Shown piece by piece: positions 48,230-58,772 of a stretch of 64,000 nt of DNA (within the stretch, counting starts at the first letter, position 1; every line of letters begins with the position of its first letter). Made by a program: the position numbers and the translations under genes. The notes under the pieces are model-generated. The model saw nothing but the letters and a program-made list of their open reading frames with translations. It was not told where the DNA came from and ran no database searches. The stretch comes from an uncultured Spirochaetota bacterium. GTDB taxonomy: Bacteria > Spirochaetota > Brevinematia > Brevinematales > JAOACQ01. The stretch covers positions 512,001 to 576,000 of the forward strand of contig CAWAOD010000005.1 in the NCBI GenBank assembly GCA_963783575.1. The letters run 5' to 3'.

Positions 48230-49771
48230 ATGAGTGAATATTTATTGGAGATTCAGAAGCTGACTAAAGATTTTCCCGGTGTTCGTGCTTTGGATTCGGT
48301 AAATCTTAAAGTTAGTAAGGGAGAAATACATGCGATTTGCGGAGAAAACGGGGCCGGAAAATCCACATTGATGAGTGTTATAAGTGGTGTCCATCCTAAA
48401 AGTTCTTATGAAGGCAAGGTTTTTTATAAGGGAAAAGAAACACACTATATGAGTGTAAAGGACAGTGAAAAAGAAAATCTTGCTATTATCCATCAGGAAC
48501 TTGCCCTTAGTCCGTATTTATCCATTTACGAAAATATGTTTCTCGGTCATATGAAAACATTTTTGGGTATCATTAACTGGGATAAATATATAATGGAATC
48601 AAAAAAGTATATGGATCAGGTCGGTTTAAAGGAAGCTCCCGGAACGGTTGTAAGTAAACTGGGGGTCGGAAAGCAGCAGCTTGTGGAAATTGCCCGCGCA
48701 CTATCAAAAAAAGTTGAGCTTCTTATTCTTGATGAACCAACATCGTCTCTTAATGACGATGAGAGCGACAAGCTTCTTGATCTTATACTGGAACTGAAAA
48801 AGCAGGGAATTACGTGTATCTTGATATCACATAAGCTCAAGGAATTACTCAAGATCGCCGATTCTGTTTCGGTAATGCGTGATGGAAAATCGATCTCAAA
48901 TTATGATATGAAAAAAGATGCGGTGACCGAATCTATGCTCATAAGGGATATGGTAGGCCGCGATCTTGATACCCGTGTGGAAGGTAATAAAACAGAATTG
49001 GGAGAAAAGGTGCTCGAGGTAAAGAACTGGACCGTATATCATCCCGATTATCATTCCTTAAAAGTTGTCGATAATGTTTCGTTTTATCTGCGTAAGGGTG
49101 AAATCCTAGCTTTCTGCGGGCCGATGGGCGCCGGAAGAACTGAATTGATGATGAGCATTTATGGACAATCTTATGGTTCGAGCTGTAAAGGGGAAATTTA
49201 CCTAAAAGGAAATCGTGTACATACTAATAATCCTAAGATGGCTCTTGACGCGGGTATTGGGTATGTTTCAGAAGACAGAAAGACTCTTGGTCTGATTTTG
49301 ATACAGGATGTCAAAACAAATATTTCACTTTCCAGTTTAAATAAGCTTTCAAGAATGGGGATTGTTTCTTCGCAGGAAGAAATTCTCGCGGCGGAAAAAT
49401 ACCGGGAATCGTTGCGCATTAAGACCCCTTCCATAAATCAGATCGTGCGGAACCTATCCGGCGGAAACCAGCAGAAGGTTGTTTTGAGTAAAACTCTTCT
49501 CGCCAATCCGGATATTTTTATAGTTGACGAGCCGACACGCGGGATCGATGTCGGCGCGAAGTTCGAAATTCATTCTATCCTGAGAGATCTGGTAAAACAG
49601 GGAAAGAGTATTATTGTCATTACATCGGAAATGCCGGAAGCCCTCGGAATAGCGGATCGTATATATGTTATGAACGAAGGTAGGATAAAAGGGATGCTGA
49701 TGCATGAAGAGGCTACACAGGAAAAAATAATGCATATGGCATTACTACATCAGGAGGAAGTAACAGTATGA
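48230..49771 (+). CDS. mmsA: Monosaccharide ABC ATP-binding protein MmsA/GguA
   Basis: CGENGAGKST, LGVGKQQLVEIA, LEVKNWTVYHP, GYVSEDRK, LSGGNQQK. Confidence 0.9.
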   Translation: MSEYLLEIQKLTKDFPGVRALDSVNLKVSKGEIHAICGENGAGKSTLMSVISGVHPKSSYEGKVFYKGKETHYMSVKDSEKENLAIIHQELALSPYLSIYENMFLGHMKTFLGIINWDKYIMESKKYMDQVGLKEAPGTVVSKLGVGKQQLVEIARALSKKVELLILDEPTSSLNDDESDKLLDLILELKKQGITCILISHKLKELLKIADSVSVMRDGKSISNYDMKKDAVTESMLIRDMVGRDLDTRVEGNKTELGEKVLEVKNWTVYHPDYHSLKVVDNVSFYLRKGEILAFCGPMGAGRTELMMSIYGQSYGSSCKGEIYLKGNRVHTNNPKMALDAGIGYVSEDRKTLGLILIQDVKTNISLSSLNKLSRMGIVSSQEEILAAEKYRESLRIKTPSINQIVRNLSGGNQQKVVLSKTLLANPDIFIVDEPTRGIDVGAKFEIHSILRDLVKQGKSIIVITSEMPEALGIADRIYVMNEGRIKGMLMHEEATQEKIMHMALLHQEEVTV

Positions 49772-50958
49772 GTAAAAGTCAATCGCAACACACTTCTTTA
49801 GGTACTTTGATGAGAAGTAATCTTCGTAATTATTCAATGTTTATTGTGCTTGCCGTGATTTTGATTTTTTTTGCGTTTGGTACCAATGGAGTCAATCTGA
49901 ATTCCCGTAATATTTCCAATATTTTTATGCAGAACAGTTATGTTCTTCTGCTTGCCATAGGGATGATGATGGTCATCGTTCTCGGGAATATCGATCTTTC
50001 CGTAGGCTCTTTTATCGCCGTGACAGGAGCATTCAGTGCTATGCTTTATAATGCGGGAATCGGTCTTGTCCCAACGGTAATAATAACTATAATCATCGGC
50101 ACTTTAATCGGAGCGTTCCAGGCTTTTTTTATCGCATATTTCAGGATACCCGCGTTTATCGTTACTCTAGCGGGAATGACCGGTTTTCGCGGAGTAGTTT
50201 ATCTTATAACCAAGGTTACCCCGATAGCGATTATTAATGACAATTTTAAGCAGATCACTTCCGGTGTGGCAAATATAGATAGCCTGACCGTTGGCGATGT
50301 ATATTATACAGCGGTAGCTGTGGGCGCCCTGATATTTATTATTTTTATAATTTCCGAAATCATTACCCGCAACAATAAGAAACGTAATAATTTTGAAATA
50401 TTGCCATTAGGATTAGAGATAGCGAAGATAGTTTTATTGGGTCTTTTCATAGGCGCATTGAGCTGGAAGTTTGCTACTTACCGTGGGCTTCCGATAGTTG
50501 TAATCGTATTAGGTGTAACGATAGCGCTCTTTGTGTTTATCACCAATAATACTATTCTCGGACGTTACATATATGCCGTAGGCGGAAATGCGCGTTCCGC
50601 AAAGCTTTCCGGCATCAATACCGAAATGGTTGTATTTGTTGTTCATTGCATCATGGGCGCTCTCTGTGGAATTGCTGGAGTTGTTTTTACGGGATACATG
50701 AATTCTGCGCTGCCCCAGGCTGGGCTTGGTTTCGAGCTTGACGCCATCGCGGCATGTTTTATCGGAGGCGCTTCGACATCCGGCGGCATCGGCACCATTA
50801 TCGGCGCGATAACCGGAGGCCTTGTGATTGCTTCAATCAATAACGGTATGTCTCTGATGGAGTTTGCCGCTCCCTGGCAATATGTGGTAAGGGGTTCTGT
50901 TCTTTTATTGGCTGTTCTTTACGACACATATAACCGCCGCAGATCCGGTTTGGGATGA
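49768..50958 (+). CDS. mmsB: Monosaccharide ABC permease MmsB/GguB
   Basis: QNSYVLLLAIGM, IDLSVGS, IPAFIVTLAGM, GRYIYAVGGN, FELDAIAACFIGG. Confidence 0.9.
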   Translation: MSKSQSQHTSLGTLMRSNLRNYSMFIVLAVILIFFAFGTNGVNLNSRNISNIFMQNSYVLLLAIGMMMVIVLGNIDLSVGSFIAVTGAFSAMLYNAGIGLVPTVIITIIIGTLIGAFQAFFIAYFRIPAFIVTLAGMTGFRGVVYLITKVTPIAIINDNFKQITSGVANIDSLTVGDVYYTAVAVGALIFIIFIISEIITRNNKKRNNFEILPLGLEIAKIVLLGLFIGALSWKFATYRGLPIVVIVLGVTIALFVFITNNTILGRYIYAVGGNARSAKLSGINTEMVVFVVHCIMGALCGIAGVVFTGYMNSALPQAGLGFELDAIAACFIGGASTSGGIGTIIGAITGGLVIASINNGMSLMEFAAPWQYVVRGSVLLLAVLYDTYNRRRSGLG

Positions 50959-50976
50959 TTTTCTATCTAATGATAT

Positions 50977-51020
50977 AATTAAAATACCCGCGTTCATAAT
51001 AGAATGCGGGTATTTTAATT
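50977..51020. terminator. Bidirectional intrinsic terminator
   Basis: AATTAAAATACCCGCGTTC/GAATGCGGGTATTTTAATT between convergent operons. Confidence 0.8.
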
Positions 51021-51042
51021 TAATATTTTATGGAATATACTT

Positions 51043-52210
51043 TTATTCAAGATATTCCTGAATAGGCAGTAATGCCGCACCGAGCACTGGTGCCTTGGAC
51101 CCAAGGCGTGATGCAGCAATCAATACGTCGCCTGTTCCTTCAAAAACGCGAGGTGTAAACACTCTCTCTTTCAGAAGTTCAATAAATAAATCACCAACGG
51201 ATCCAATTTCCCCTCCTATCAAAATTGCCTGAGGATCCAATCCCAGACATGATGTTTTGAATTCCAAGCGCAAAGTAATCCAGGTATTCGTTCCATAAGT
51301 TGATAACTGTTTTATCACCTGATTTCAATGATTTAAGAAAATCAGAAATAGAATAACCGACCGGATTTTGAATTTCCATGGCTTGAAAATATCTTTCCAT
51401 AAGCGCTTTTTCCGATGCATATAGTTCCCAGCAGCCTTTCCTGCCGCAATTACATAGTTTTCCATCTGGAACTACCGTCATATGCCCAAACTCACCGGCA
51501 CGCTGATTTTTTCCTTTATATAATTTTCCATGAATTATAAGTCCGGTTCCTATTCCTCTTGCAACTGAAACATATATAAGTTCACTTGATTTTGAAGGTT
51601 TGCCGAATTTCATTTCGGCTAGAGCACCTGCGTTTGCTTCATTTTCAATAAAAATAGGGTAGCGGAAAATATTCTCAAAAGGTTTGAATTGAATATCTTT
51701 CATTCCAAGATTTGGGGCCAACTCCAGGGTCATCTTATTCTGGTTGACCGTACCGGGAAGTGAGAAACCGACTCCGAGAACTTTTTCATGCGGGATTTTT
51801 AATGATAGGAGGATGTGTTCTATTTCATCAGAAGTCCGGTTCACCACTTCATCGATACGGCCAAAAGATTCTATTGAAAGTTCGGATTCAAAACGGACCT
51901 CTAAATCAAGATTTGACAAGATAATCCGAACTTTTTCTTGTGTGAATTCCACTCCGAATGATACCCGCGAGTCCGGCAGGTAGCGTGCAATTATTGCTTT
52001 CCTGCCGCCTGTGGATTCTGCTGTACCGGCTTCCTCAACAAGGCCTTCTTCTATTAATTCCTGTATATTTGTAGCAACAGTGGGAATGCTGATGCCGGTT
52101 TTCAAAGATATAGACTGTCTAGTTAATTCTCTCTTTACAGTGAGTAGATTTATAATTTTCCGGCGATTGTAATTCTTAATAGCCTTATGATTGATAACCG
52201 GAGAATTCAT
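51043..52210 (-). pseudogene. xylR: ROK-family xylose repressor, split by a 1-nt frameshift near the C-terminus (possibly a sequencing error)
   Basis: N-terminal HTH, STGGRK, IENEANAGALAE, GEFGHM..CNCGRKGCWE; removing one base near 51242-51246 gives ..GLDPQAILIGGE..LGAA. Confidence 0.82.
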
Positions 52211-52229
52211 TCGTTTGCCTGCCTAGAAC

Positions 52230-53552
52230 TTATTTTGTTTCTAGAATGTATTGGTTGACCAGTGCCTCAAGCATTTCCTGCCTTCCGGATATATTATTAA
52301 TTTTGTCGTTTGATAGTGCATATTTTTCGAGAGATATAAAATCCGCTTTGCCATTTACAATTTCTTTACCGATGCCTGTTTGGTAACTGGAGTAACGGTT
52401 TTCAACAAATTGATCTAGCGCTTTATCGTCAATAATTTTTTGTGCTACTTTTAACCCGCGGGCAAAAGCGTCCATTCCGGCAATGTGACTGTAGAATAAA
52501 TCTATGGGTTCAAATGAGCCCCTCCTTACTTTTGCATCGAAATTAGTACCACCCTTGCCAAGACCGCCGTTTTTCAAAATCTCAAACATTGCTAAAGTTG
52601 TTGTATTTAAGTCGGTTGGAAACTGGTCAGTGTCCCAGCCCAGAAGCATATCACCCTGGTTTGCGTCTATGGAACCGAGCATACCGTTGATACGGGCCAT
52701 ATTAAGTTCATGCTGAAAGGTGTGTCCGGCCAGGGTAGCATGGTTAACTTCGATATTGAGCTTAAAATTATTATCAAGTCCGTATGTTTTTAGGAAACCC
52801 ATGACTGTAGCGGCATCAAAATCATACTGGTGTTTGGTCGGTTCCTTGGGTTTTGGTTCAATAAGGAATTGTCCTTTGAAACCGATCTTCTTAGCATAAT
52901 TGACGGCCATACCCAGGAAACGTGCAAAATTGTCAAGTTCCAGTTTAAGATTTGTATTAAGAAGGGTTTCATATCCTTCGCGGCCGCCCCAGAAGACATA
53001 ATTTTCACCGCCAAGTTCAAAAGTGATTTCAATCGCTTTTTTAACCTGGGCTGCTGCAAAAGCGAATACATCAGCATTGCAGGAAGTAGATGCGCCGTGA
53101 ACAAAGCGGGGATTGCTGAAAAGGTTTGCTGTTCCCCAGAGAAGTTTTATTCCCGTTGATTTCTGCAATTCTTTTGCTATTTTAACTATTTCATCAAGAC
53201 GCCGGTTGGTTTCACTGAGAGTGTCAGCTTCCGGCGCGATATCACGGTCATGAAAACAATAAAAAGGTATACCGAGTTTTTCGATGAATTCGAAATTCAC
53301 CATCATTCTTACCTTAGCTTTTTCCATGGGATTACTTTCATCATCCCAAGGCCGGATCATAGTAGCAGAACCAAATGGATCGGTGCCGGTTCCTGTCATT
53401 GTGTGCCAGTATGCAACGGAAAACCTGAGATGATCTTTCATAGTCTTTCCATTAATTTTTTCTTCTGCATTATAATACTTGAATGATAACGGATTTTTTG
53501 AATTGGCACCTTCATAAGGAATTGCCGGTACATCTTTAAAATATTCATTCAT
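52230..53552 (-). CDS. xylA: Xylose isomerase (class II)
   Basis: [59 protein letters not shown] before ATG 53552. Confidence 0.97.
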   Translation of the reverse strand: MNEYFKDVPAIPYEGANSKNPLSFKYYNAEEKINGKTMKDHLRFSVAYWHTMTGTGTDPFGSATMIRPWDDESNPMEKAKVRMMVNFEFIEKLGIPFYCFHDRDIAPEADTLSETNRRLDEIVKIAKELQKSTGIKLLWGTANLFSNPRFVHGASTSCNADVFAFAAAQVKKAIEITFELGGENYVFWGGREGYETLLNTNLKLELDNFARFLGMAVNYAKKIGFKGQFLIEPKPKEPTKHQYDFDAATVMGFLKTYGLDNNFKLNIEVNHATLAGHTFQHELNMARINGMLGSIDANQGDMLLGWDTDQFPTDLNTTTLAMFEILKNGGLGKGGTNFDAKVRRGSFEPIDLFYSHIAGMDAFARGLKVAQKIIDDKALDQFVENRYSSYQTGIGKEIVNGKADFISLEKYALSNDKINNISGRQEMLEALVNQYILETK

Positions 53553-53583
53553 ATTATCTTCCTCGCAATAAATAAAGTAAGAA

Positions 53584-53612
53584 ATTATATCATTTATTAG
53601 ATTACATGTCAA
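53584..53612 (-). promoter_or_regulatory. Consensus sigma70 promoter of xylA-xylR
   Basis: Minus strand TTGACA-N17-TATAAT with TG extension. Confidence 0.75.
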
Positions 53613-53623
53613 TTAAATAAATA

Positions 53624-53648
53624 TCTTATTAAATAACATTTAGAAAGT
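53624..53648. promoter_or_regulatory. ROK-type XylR operator candidate upstream of xylA
   Basis: TCTTATTAAA-TAACA-TTTAGAAAGT, just upstream of the -35, the same placement as the chvE site. Confidence 0.62.
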
Positions 53649-53771
53649 ATTTTATTTTTCTATTTTCTAATCCCGACTATTTGAATATCTTTGTGATTGT
53701 TTGCAGCGCCTGCCGTTTTTTGGAAATATTTTTCCCTCAAACTGATGGAAGAGGCAGATTTGGAATTAAAC

Positions 53772-54908
53772 TAGTGCTTAATTGCGTAAGTTAACGATAG
53801 TATTTCTTAATTGAGAACCTTTCACTTCCCGTTTTCTCCACACAAAAGGTTTTGCGGTTTCAGTGTATGCTTTAACAAATGCATCTATTGCTTCTCTCAA
53901 TTCTTCCGTGTTTTTAAAACTGGCGCCTCTAAGAGCTTTTCGGCTCATAATACCAAACCATATTTCCACCTGATTTAACCAACTTGCCGAAGTAGGCGTG
54001 TAATGAAAAAAAACATTCTTATTCCGGGATAACCATTCATCGTTCTTTTTGTGAATACAATAATTGTCTAAAATTACATGAATTTCTTTATCTTTTGAAA
54101 CATCTACCACCACTCTATCCATAAACTCAAGAAATTCAATACGTCTTTTGTATTCAGTAGTTTGGGTGTGTATTAACCCTGTAGCTACTTCCAGCGCAGC
54201 AAATAGGTTCAGCGTTCCATTTCTTTTATATGTACTTTTGTATCCTCTTACAATTTTTCCATTATCCGTCTCTACATAGCCGGTTGTCCTTTCCAACGCT
54301 TGAATACCAGGTTTTTCGTCTACAGATATAACCAATGCATTCATCGGCGGATTTAAATACAACCCAATAATATTTGTGGCTTTTGTCGAAAATTCAGGAT
54401 CAGTGCTGACACACCAACTTCGCTGTCGGGATAAGCAAATTCCTTCTTTTCTTAAAACCCTCCATACCGCATGCGTTGATGTGTTTAAATGTTTTGCTAA
54501 AGCCGGACCATCCCAAATTGCCTGCCCGATAGGCGGTGTTTTTTCCAGAGTTTCTAAAACTTTGTCCCTGAAATTCTGCCCATATATTTTTGGCTTTCCT
54601 GACCTGGGCAGATCATACAATCCATCAATTCCTTTTTGCTGAAATCTTTTTTTCCAATCAATAACCGTATTTGGTCTTATGTGAAGGTCAGCCGCAATCT
54701 CAGATACATTTTGTCCTTTCAGGCTATTGACAATTATTTTCGCCCTCTCTACAAGTCGCGCTTCCATAGTTCGGCTTCTCACCCAACTATCAAGAATAAT
54801 TTCATCCGCTTTGGTGCATGTTATAACTTGCGTTTTCTTAGACATACAACCTCCTTTTTTATGTCTAAGATTATAATTAATAACGCTTATTATTGCAATT
54901 AAGCACTA
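53772..54908 (-). mobile_element. IS630-family insertion sequence with terminal inverted repeats and TA duplication
   Basis: CTAGTGCTTAATTGC at 53771 and GCAATTAAGCACTAG ending at 54909; TA at 53772-3 and 54907-8; reconstructed empty site CTAG. Confidence 0.93.
53778..54845 (-). CDS. IS630-family DDE transposase
   Basis: HTH (NTVIDWKKRF..DLPRSGKP), SVDEK, YKRNGT, ILDNY, SWLNQVEIWF. Confidence 0.95.
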   Translation of the reverse strand: MSKKTQVITCTKADEIILDSWVRSRTMEARLVERAKIIVNSLKGQNVSEIAADLHIRPNTVIDWKKRFQQKGIDGLYDLPRSGKPKIYGQNFRDKVLETLEKTPPIGQAIWDGPALAKHLNTSTHAVWRVLRKEGICLSRQRSWCVSTDPEFSTKATNIIGLYLNPPMNALVISVDEKPGIQALERTTGYVETDNGKIVRGYKSTYKRNGTLNLFAALEVATGLIHTQTTEYKRRIEFLEFMDRVVVDVSKDKEIHVILDNYCIHKKNDEWLSRNKNVFFHYTPTSASWLNQVEIWFGIMSRKALRGASFKNTEELREAIDAFVKAYTETAKPFVWRKREVKGSQLRNTIVNLRN

Positions 54909-54986
54909 GGTTAAAAGATAAGAAGATTCGACTTAGCAAGGATAGCAACCAAAATAAGGCTTACTTATACCAGGTCTAATAAAATA

Positions 54987-55838
54987 TCATTTTACATTCG
55001 ATATTTCCTCGAGAATAATTTCCTCATCCTGAAATACTTTTTTTATTACAAGCCTTCTGTCCGAATCCTCAATATATGCACTTGTACTTTTTAAAAAAGT
55101 TCCCATCAGCTTGCCAAGGAATTGATCCCCCATAGAAATATGCCCTTTATAAACCCTGAATGTTCCCGCTTTTACGGTTAAATTTTCTTTATTTTCATAA
55201 TTAAATGTCATTGCTAACGGTTCTTTCATGAAGGTTGGGAGTATAATATAAATGATTCCATGACTGCTTGGGTCAAAAAAACGGCCGGCATATTGACTCA
55301 TTGAAAACATATCCAGAACGGGAAAACCCGGTTTAACATTAATCCTGTATTTTATCGAATTTGTTACATCATTCTTTATTGACTTAGCTGAATATTCAAC
55401 AAATCCTTTATCCCGGTTCAATTTGTAATAGGATGAGACAAGGCCGCTGAATCCGAATTTCTCCCAATTTTTCCAATAATTCGTGTTTAAAGTAACAATT
55501 GCTTCTAATGTTAATCCCTCGATCGGATCGAATAGGGTTATTACCGGCCAGTTAGTATAATTTTCATTTAATTTTTCACCTGAAACACTCACTATGTTGA
55601 AATATAACCGGTAATAAAATCCACCGTTTTCATTTGTTATCTTTTTTGTTACCTGATAAAAATCAAAAGCTTTAGATCCATCGACATAATCACCGTAATG
55701 CAGAAATTCACAGTCAGATATTTCAATAGCAGGAAATGTCTTCATTGGCTGCTGATTTTCCATAATTGTACAGGCGCTTACTGTAAAAAAGGTAATTAAC
55801 AGTATTCCTCCGAAGATTAACCTTAAATAATTAAGCAT
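54987..55838 (-). CDS. Hypothetical lipoprotein, DUF3108-like paralog 3
   Basis: Lipobox TVSAC; KENLTVKAGTFRVYK; EDSDRRL shared with two neighbours. Confidence 0.65.
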   Translation of the reverse strand: MLNYLRLIFGGILLITFFTVSACTIMENQQPMKTFPAIEISDCEFLHYGDYVDGSKAFDFYQVTKKITNENGGFYYRLYFNIVSVSGEKLNENYTNWPVITLFDPIEGLTLEAIVTLNTNYWKNWEKFGFSGLVSSYYKLNRDKGFVEYSAKSIKNDVTNSIKYRINVKPGFPVLDMFSMSQYAGRFFDPSSHGIIYIILPTFMKEPLAMTFNYENKENLTVKAGTFRVYKGHISMGDQFLGKLMGTFLKSTSAYIEDSDRRLVIKKVFQDEEIILEEISNVK

Positions 55839-55862
55839 AATTCATACCTCTTTATTTTATTA

Positions 55863-57137
55863 TTATGGATGCAGAAAACTTATTAAAAGCATTATATTCA
55901 TAGCAGTCACAATGCTTCCAATAAAAATCAGTAGAAAATTTGTTGATTTTACATTCGCAAATTTACCCATTACTTTCCCTGAAGAGGTCAAATAGATTTG
56001 AGTAAAAATCGTTATGGGGAGCTGAATACTCAATATCATCTGTGAAAAAATTAGTCCTTGGAATGGATTTCTAATAAAAAAGATAATAATTAAAGCGGCG
56101 ATTACCGTAATCCATATACCGATGAAAGTATGACTATCCTTGGGGTTATAATGTTCGCCAAAAATTCCCGAAAAGATTGAGCCTCCAGCCATTCCAGCTG
56201 TAATACTGCTTGATATTCCGGAAAAGAGAAGGGCAATGGCAAATAGTATTGAAGCACTGTTTCCAGCAAGTGGTGTAAGCATTTTTTGCGCCTGTCCCAG
56301 TTCATTTACATCTATCTTATTTTGGAAGAAAGTTGCGGCTGCAATAATGATTATTGCACTGTTAATTGCCCATCCGATTACCATTGAAAAAAGCGTATCA
56401 AAAAATTCGTAATTAAGCTGGCTTTTTATAATTCTGTCATCTTTCAGGTTCCACTGACGGCTCTGTATAATTTCAGAATGAAGAAACAAATTATGCGGCA
56501 TCACAACCGCACCCAGAACACTCATCATAACTGGCATTGACCCTTTCGGTATGGAGGGCTTAATCCAGCTGATAATTGCTTTCGGCCAGTCAACATGAAC
56601 AAAACCCAGTTCAAATAATAATGAAATTCCTATAATAGAAACAAACCCGATAATAATCCTCTCCATTTTTTTATAAGAATTTGTGAATAGAAGTATAAGT
56701 GTTAAAATTGAGATTAAAATAGAACCGATTACTAACGGTAAATTGAAAAGGATTTGAAGCGCAATAGCAGCCCCGAGAATTTCTGCAAGCGCGGTTGAAA
56801 CGGCAGCTACCATAGCGGTAAAAAGGATTGTTCCGGAAATCCAGGGTTTCATGTATAATGCAGAAGCCTCAGCGATACATAAACCGGAGGCAATACCAAG
56901 GTGCGCCGCATTATGCTGGAGAATTATAAGCAAAATTGTAGATAGAGTAACAATCCATAGTAATGTATATCCATATTTTGAGCCGGCAGCGACATCGGAT
57001 GCCCAGTTTCCAGGGTCGATAAATCCGATCGTTACAAGAAGGCCTGGCCCGATGTATTTCAATATTTCGAGAGCGCCAAACCTGGCCTTATGAGCTTTTA
57101 TGTTAAAAATGCCTTTTATTAGTTTTTGAAATTTCAT
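55863..57137 (-). CDS. Second Nramp-family divalent metal transporter
   Basis: GPGLLVTIGFIDPGNW, VVMPHNLFLHS, SQMILSIQLP. Confidence 0.93.
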   Translation of the reverse strand: MKFQKLIKGIFNIKAHKARFGALEILKYIGPGLLVTIGFIDPGNWASDVAAGSKYGYTLLWIVTLSTILLIILQHNAAHLGIASGLCIAEASALYMKPWISGTILFTAMVAAVSTALAEILGAAIALQILFNLPLVIGSILISILTLILLFTNSYKKMERIIIGFVSIIGISLLFELGFVHVDWPKAIISWIKPSIPKGSMPVMMSVLGAVVMPHNLFLHSEIIQSRQWNLKDDRIIKSQLNYEFFDTLFSMVIGWAINSAIIIIAAATFFQNKIDVNELGQAQKMLTPLAGNSASILFAIALLFSGISSSITAGMAGGSIFSGIFGEHYNPKDSHTFIGIWITVIAALIIIFFIRNPFQGLIFSQMILSIQLPITIFTQIYLTSSGKVMGKFANVKSTNFLLIFIGSIVTAMNIMLLISFLHP

Positions 57138-57217
57138 TCTATTTCCCTCAACTAACTATATTTTAGACTCCTGATGATTTAGTGATGTAAAATCCGTTAA
57201 ATTAAATTTTACAGTAT

Positions 57218-58036
57218 TTATTGTATTATTTTATCCAGAATAATAACCGATCCGTCTGAATCTATGGCTTTTACCATCAGACCTCTCTCGGAATCCTCAA
57301 GCCAGAAATATATTTGCTTTGTAAATCCCTCCAATAGTTTTCCAAGAAAAGGATCGGCAATCCTTCCCCCGATTTTTAATGTATCGAATTTTCCAATTGG
57401 GGTTTCTATTATTTCCTTACCGATAAAATTAAAGCTAACAGGTATCGGTGTTTTTGACATAAGAGGTTCGGCCACATAAATTATTCCCTTTCCCCTCATA
57501 TCGAGAAAACGCCCGCCGATCATTCCAATCGAATCGAGATCCCAGATTGGATATTCCGGATTATATTTAATTTTACCGCTACTTGATTTCAATGTATAAC
57601 CATCCCAATATTTAAAACTGTAAAAAATTTGTCCACTGTTTTTATTAATTATAATTTCACGATAAGTCATTCCTTTTTCATTATTTTCCATCATATTGCT
57701 GTAATTGTCATAACAAGATTCAGTCAAAGAAACATTGCGGAGTGATACTTCCAGTTTGAAATTATAATTGCTGTAATTTTCGGGATGCATATTTTCCTTT
57801 CCTGCCTTAATCACCTGGCTATAAACAACAATTCTTTCTTCAGAATTATAAACCCGGTATAAATTATAATAGTTATCTGTTTTCTCACCGTTTTTATAAA
57901 TATTATAATGAAGTGTTTCACCATCCCGAATTAATAATTTTTTAGCTTTCATTGGAGACATTTCATTTTTTACACAACCTACAAACAAAATAAAGCATAA
58001 TAATATAAATATTGAAAGTATTATATTATGTTTCAT
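57218..58036 (-). CDS. Hypothetical lipoprotein, DUF3108-like paralog 2
   Basis: Lipobox FVGC; IRDGETLHY..GEK, PENYSN, GKEIIETPIGKFDTLK, DPFLGKL, EDSERGL. Confidence 0.65.
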   Translation of the reverse strand: MKHNIILSIFILLCFILFVGCVKNEMSPMKAKKLLIRDGETLHYNIYKNGEKTDNYYNLYRVYNSEERIVVYSQVIKAGKENMHPENYSNYNFKLEVSLRNVSLTESCYDNYSNMMENNEKGMTYREIIINKNSGQIFYSFKYWDGYTLKSSSGKIKYNPEYPIWDLDSIGMIGGRFLDMRGKGIIYVAEPLMSKTPIPVSFNFIGKEIIETPIGKFDTLKIGGRIADPFLGKLLEGFTKQIYFWLEDSERGLMVKAIDSDGSVIILDKIIQ

Positions 58037-58125
58037 AAAACCTCCTAGGATTTGTTTGGTTTTTTAGGATTATTGATTTTTTAATAAGGAATATTATTAA
58101 ATCTTTTACTAAGGTCTGCCTTCCG

Positions 58126-58728
58126 CTAAAAATATCTTCTCACTTTTTTCATATATTCCAGATATTCCCGGCCGCATTGTATTTTTAAGAACTTTTCTTC
58201 CTCCATAATTTGATAATGTGTACCCAGGATCACAATGATTGCAAATATCAAAAAAAACAGATTACTGTAAATAAGCCATGTTCCAATAAAATATAGATCT
58301 ATGAATACAAAAATAGGGTTTCTGGTTTTTGAAAAAATGCCCGTTGTAACCAGTTTTCCCTGGTTCTGTTTATCAATGCCGACCCTCCAGGAATTTCCAA
58401 ATGAAATAAGAGATAGAATAAATAAAATAAAACCTGCTGATGTAATGATTACTCCCGCTGCTTTTAATTGTGAAATATTGAATAACTGAGTATAAAAAAT
58501 GTCAGGGAAAAGGTGCCATTTCAATTGAATAGAATAAGATATAACCACAAAAGACCATATTAGCAATCCTGCAATAAATAATATTTCAAGAACAGCATTG
58601 AAGCCTTTTTTCCCCTTTCCAATGACAAAAGGCTTAATACCTTTTGTCATTAGCTGGAGAGTCCTGCCAATCAGAAAAAGATACAGTAAAAAGAGGCATA
58701 AAAGCTCGAAATAATTGATAAAATTCAT
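58126..58728 (-). CDS. ICMT/PEMT-family membrane methyltransferase
   Basis: FGNSWRVGID..LVTTGIFSKTRNPIF..EEKFL..EYMKKVRR. Confidence 0.88.
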   Translation of the reverse strand: MNFINYFELLCLFLLYLFLIGRTLQLMTKGIKPFVIGKGKKGFNAVLEILFIAGLLIWSFVVISYSIQLKWHLFPDIFYTQLFNISQLKAAGVIITSAGFILFILSLISFGNSWRVGIDKQNQGKLVTTGIFSKTRNPIFVFIDLYFIGTWLIYSNLFFLIFAIIVILGTHYQIMEEEKFLKIQCGREYLEYMKKVRRYF

Positions 58729-58772
58729 TTTTCTTCCTCTTGTATTTAGTTTATGTGAATTTAATTATAAAA

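Noticed and set aside
53674..53745. FEYLCDCLQRLP resembling an IS66 transposase C-terminus
   Set aside because: Too short to support, and no other IS66 features nearby
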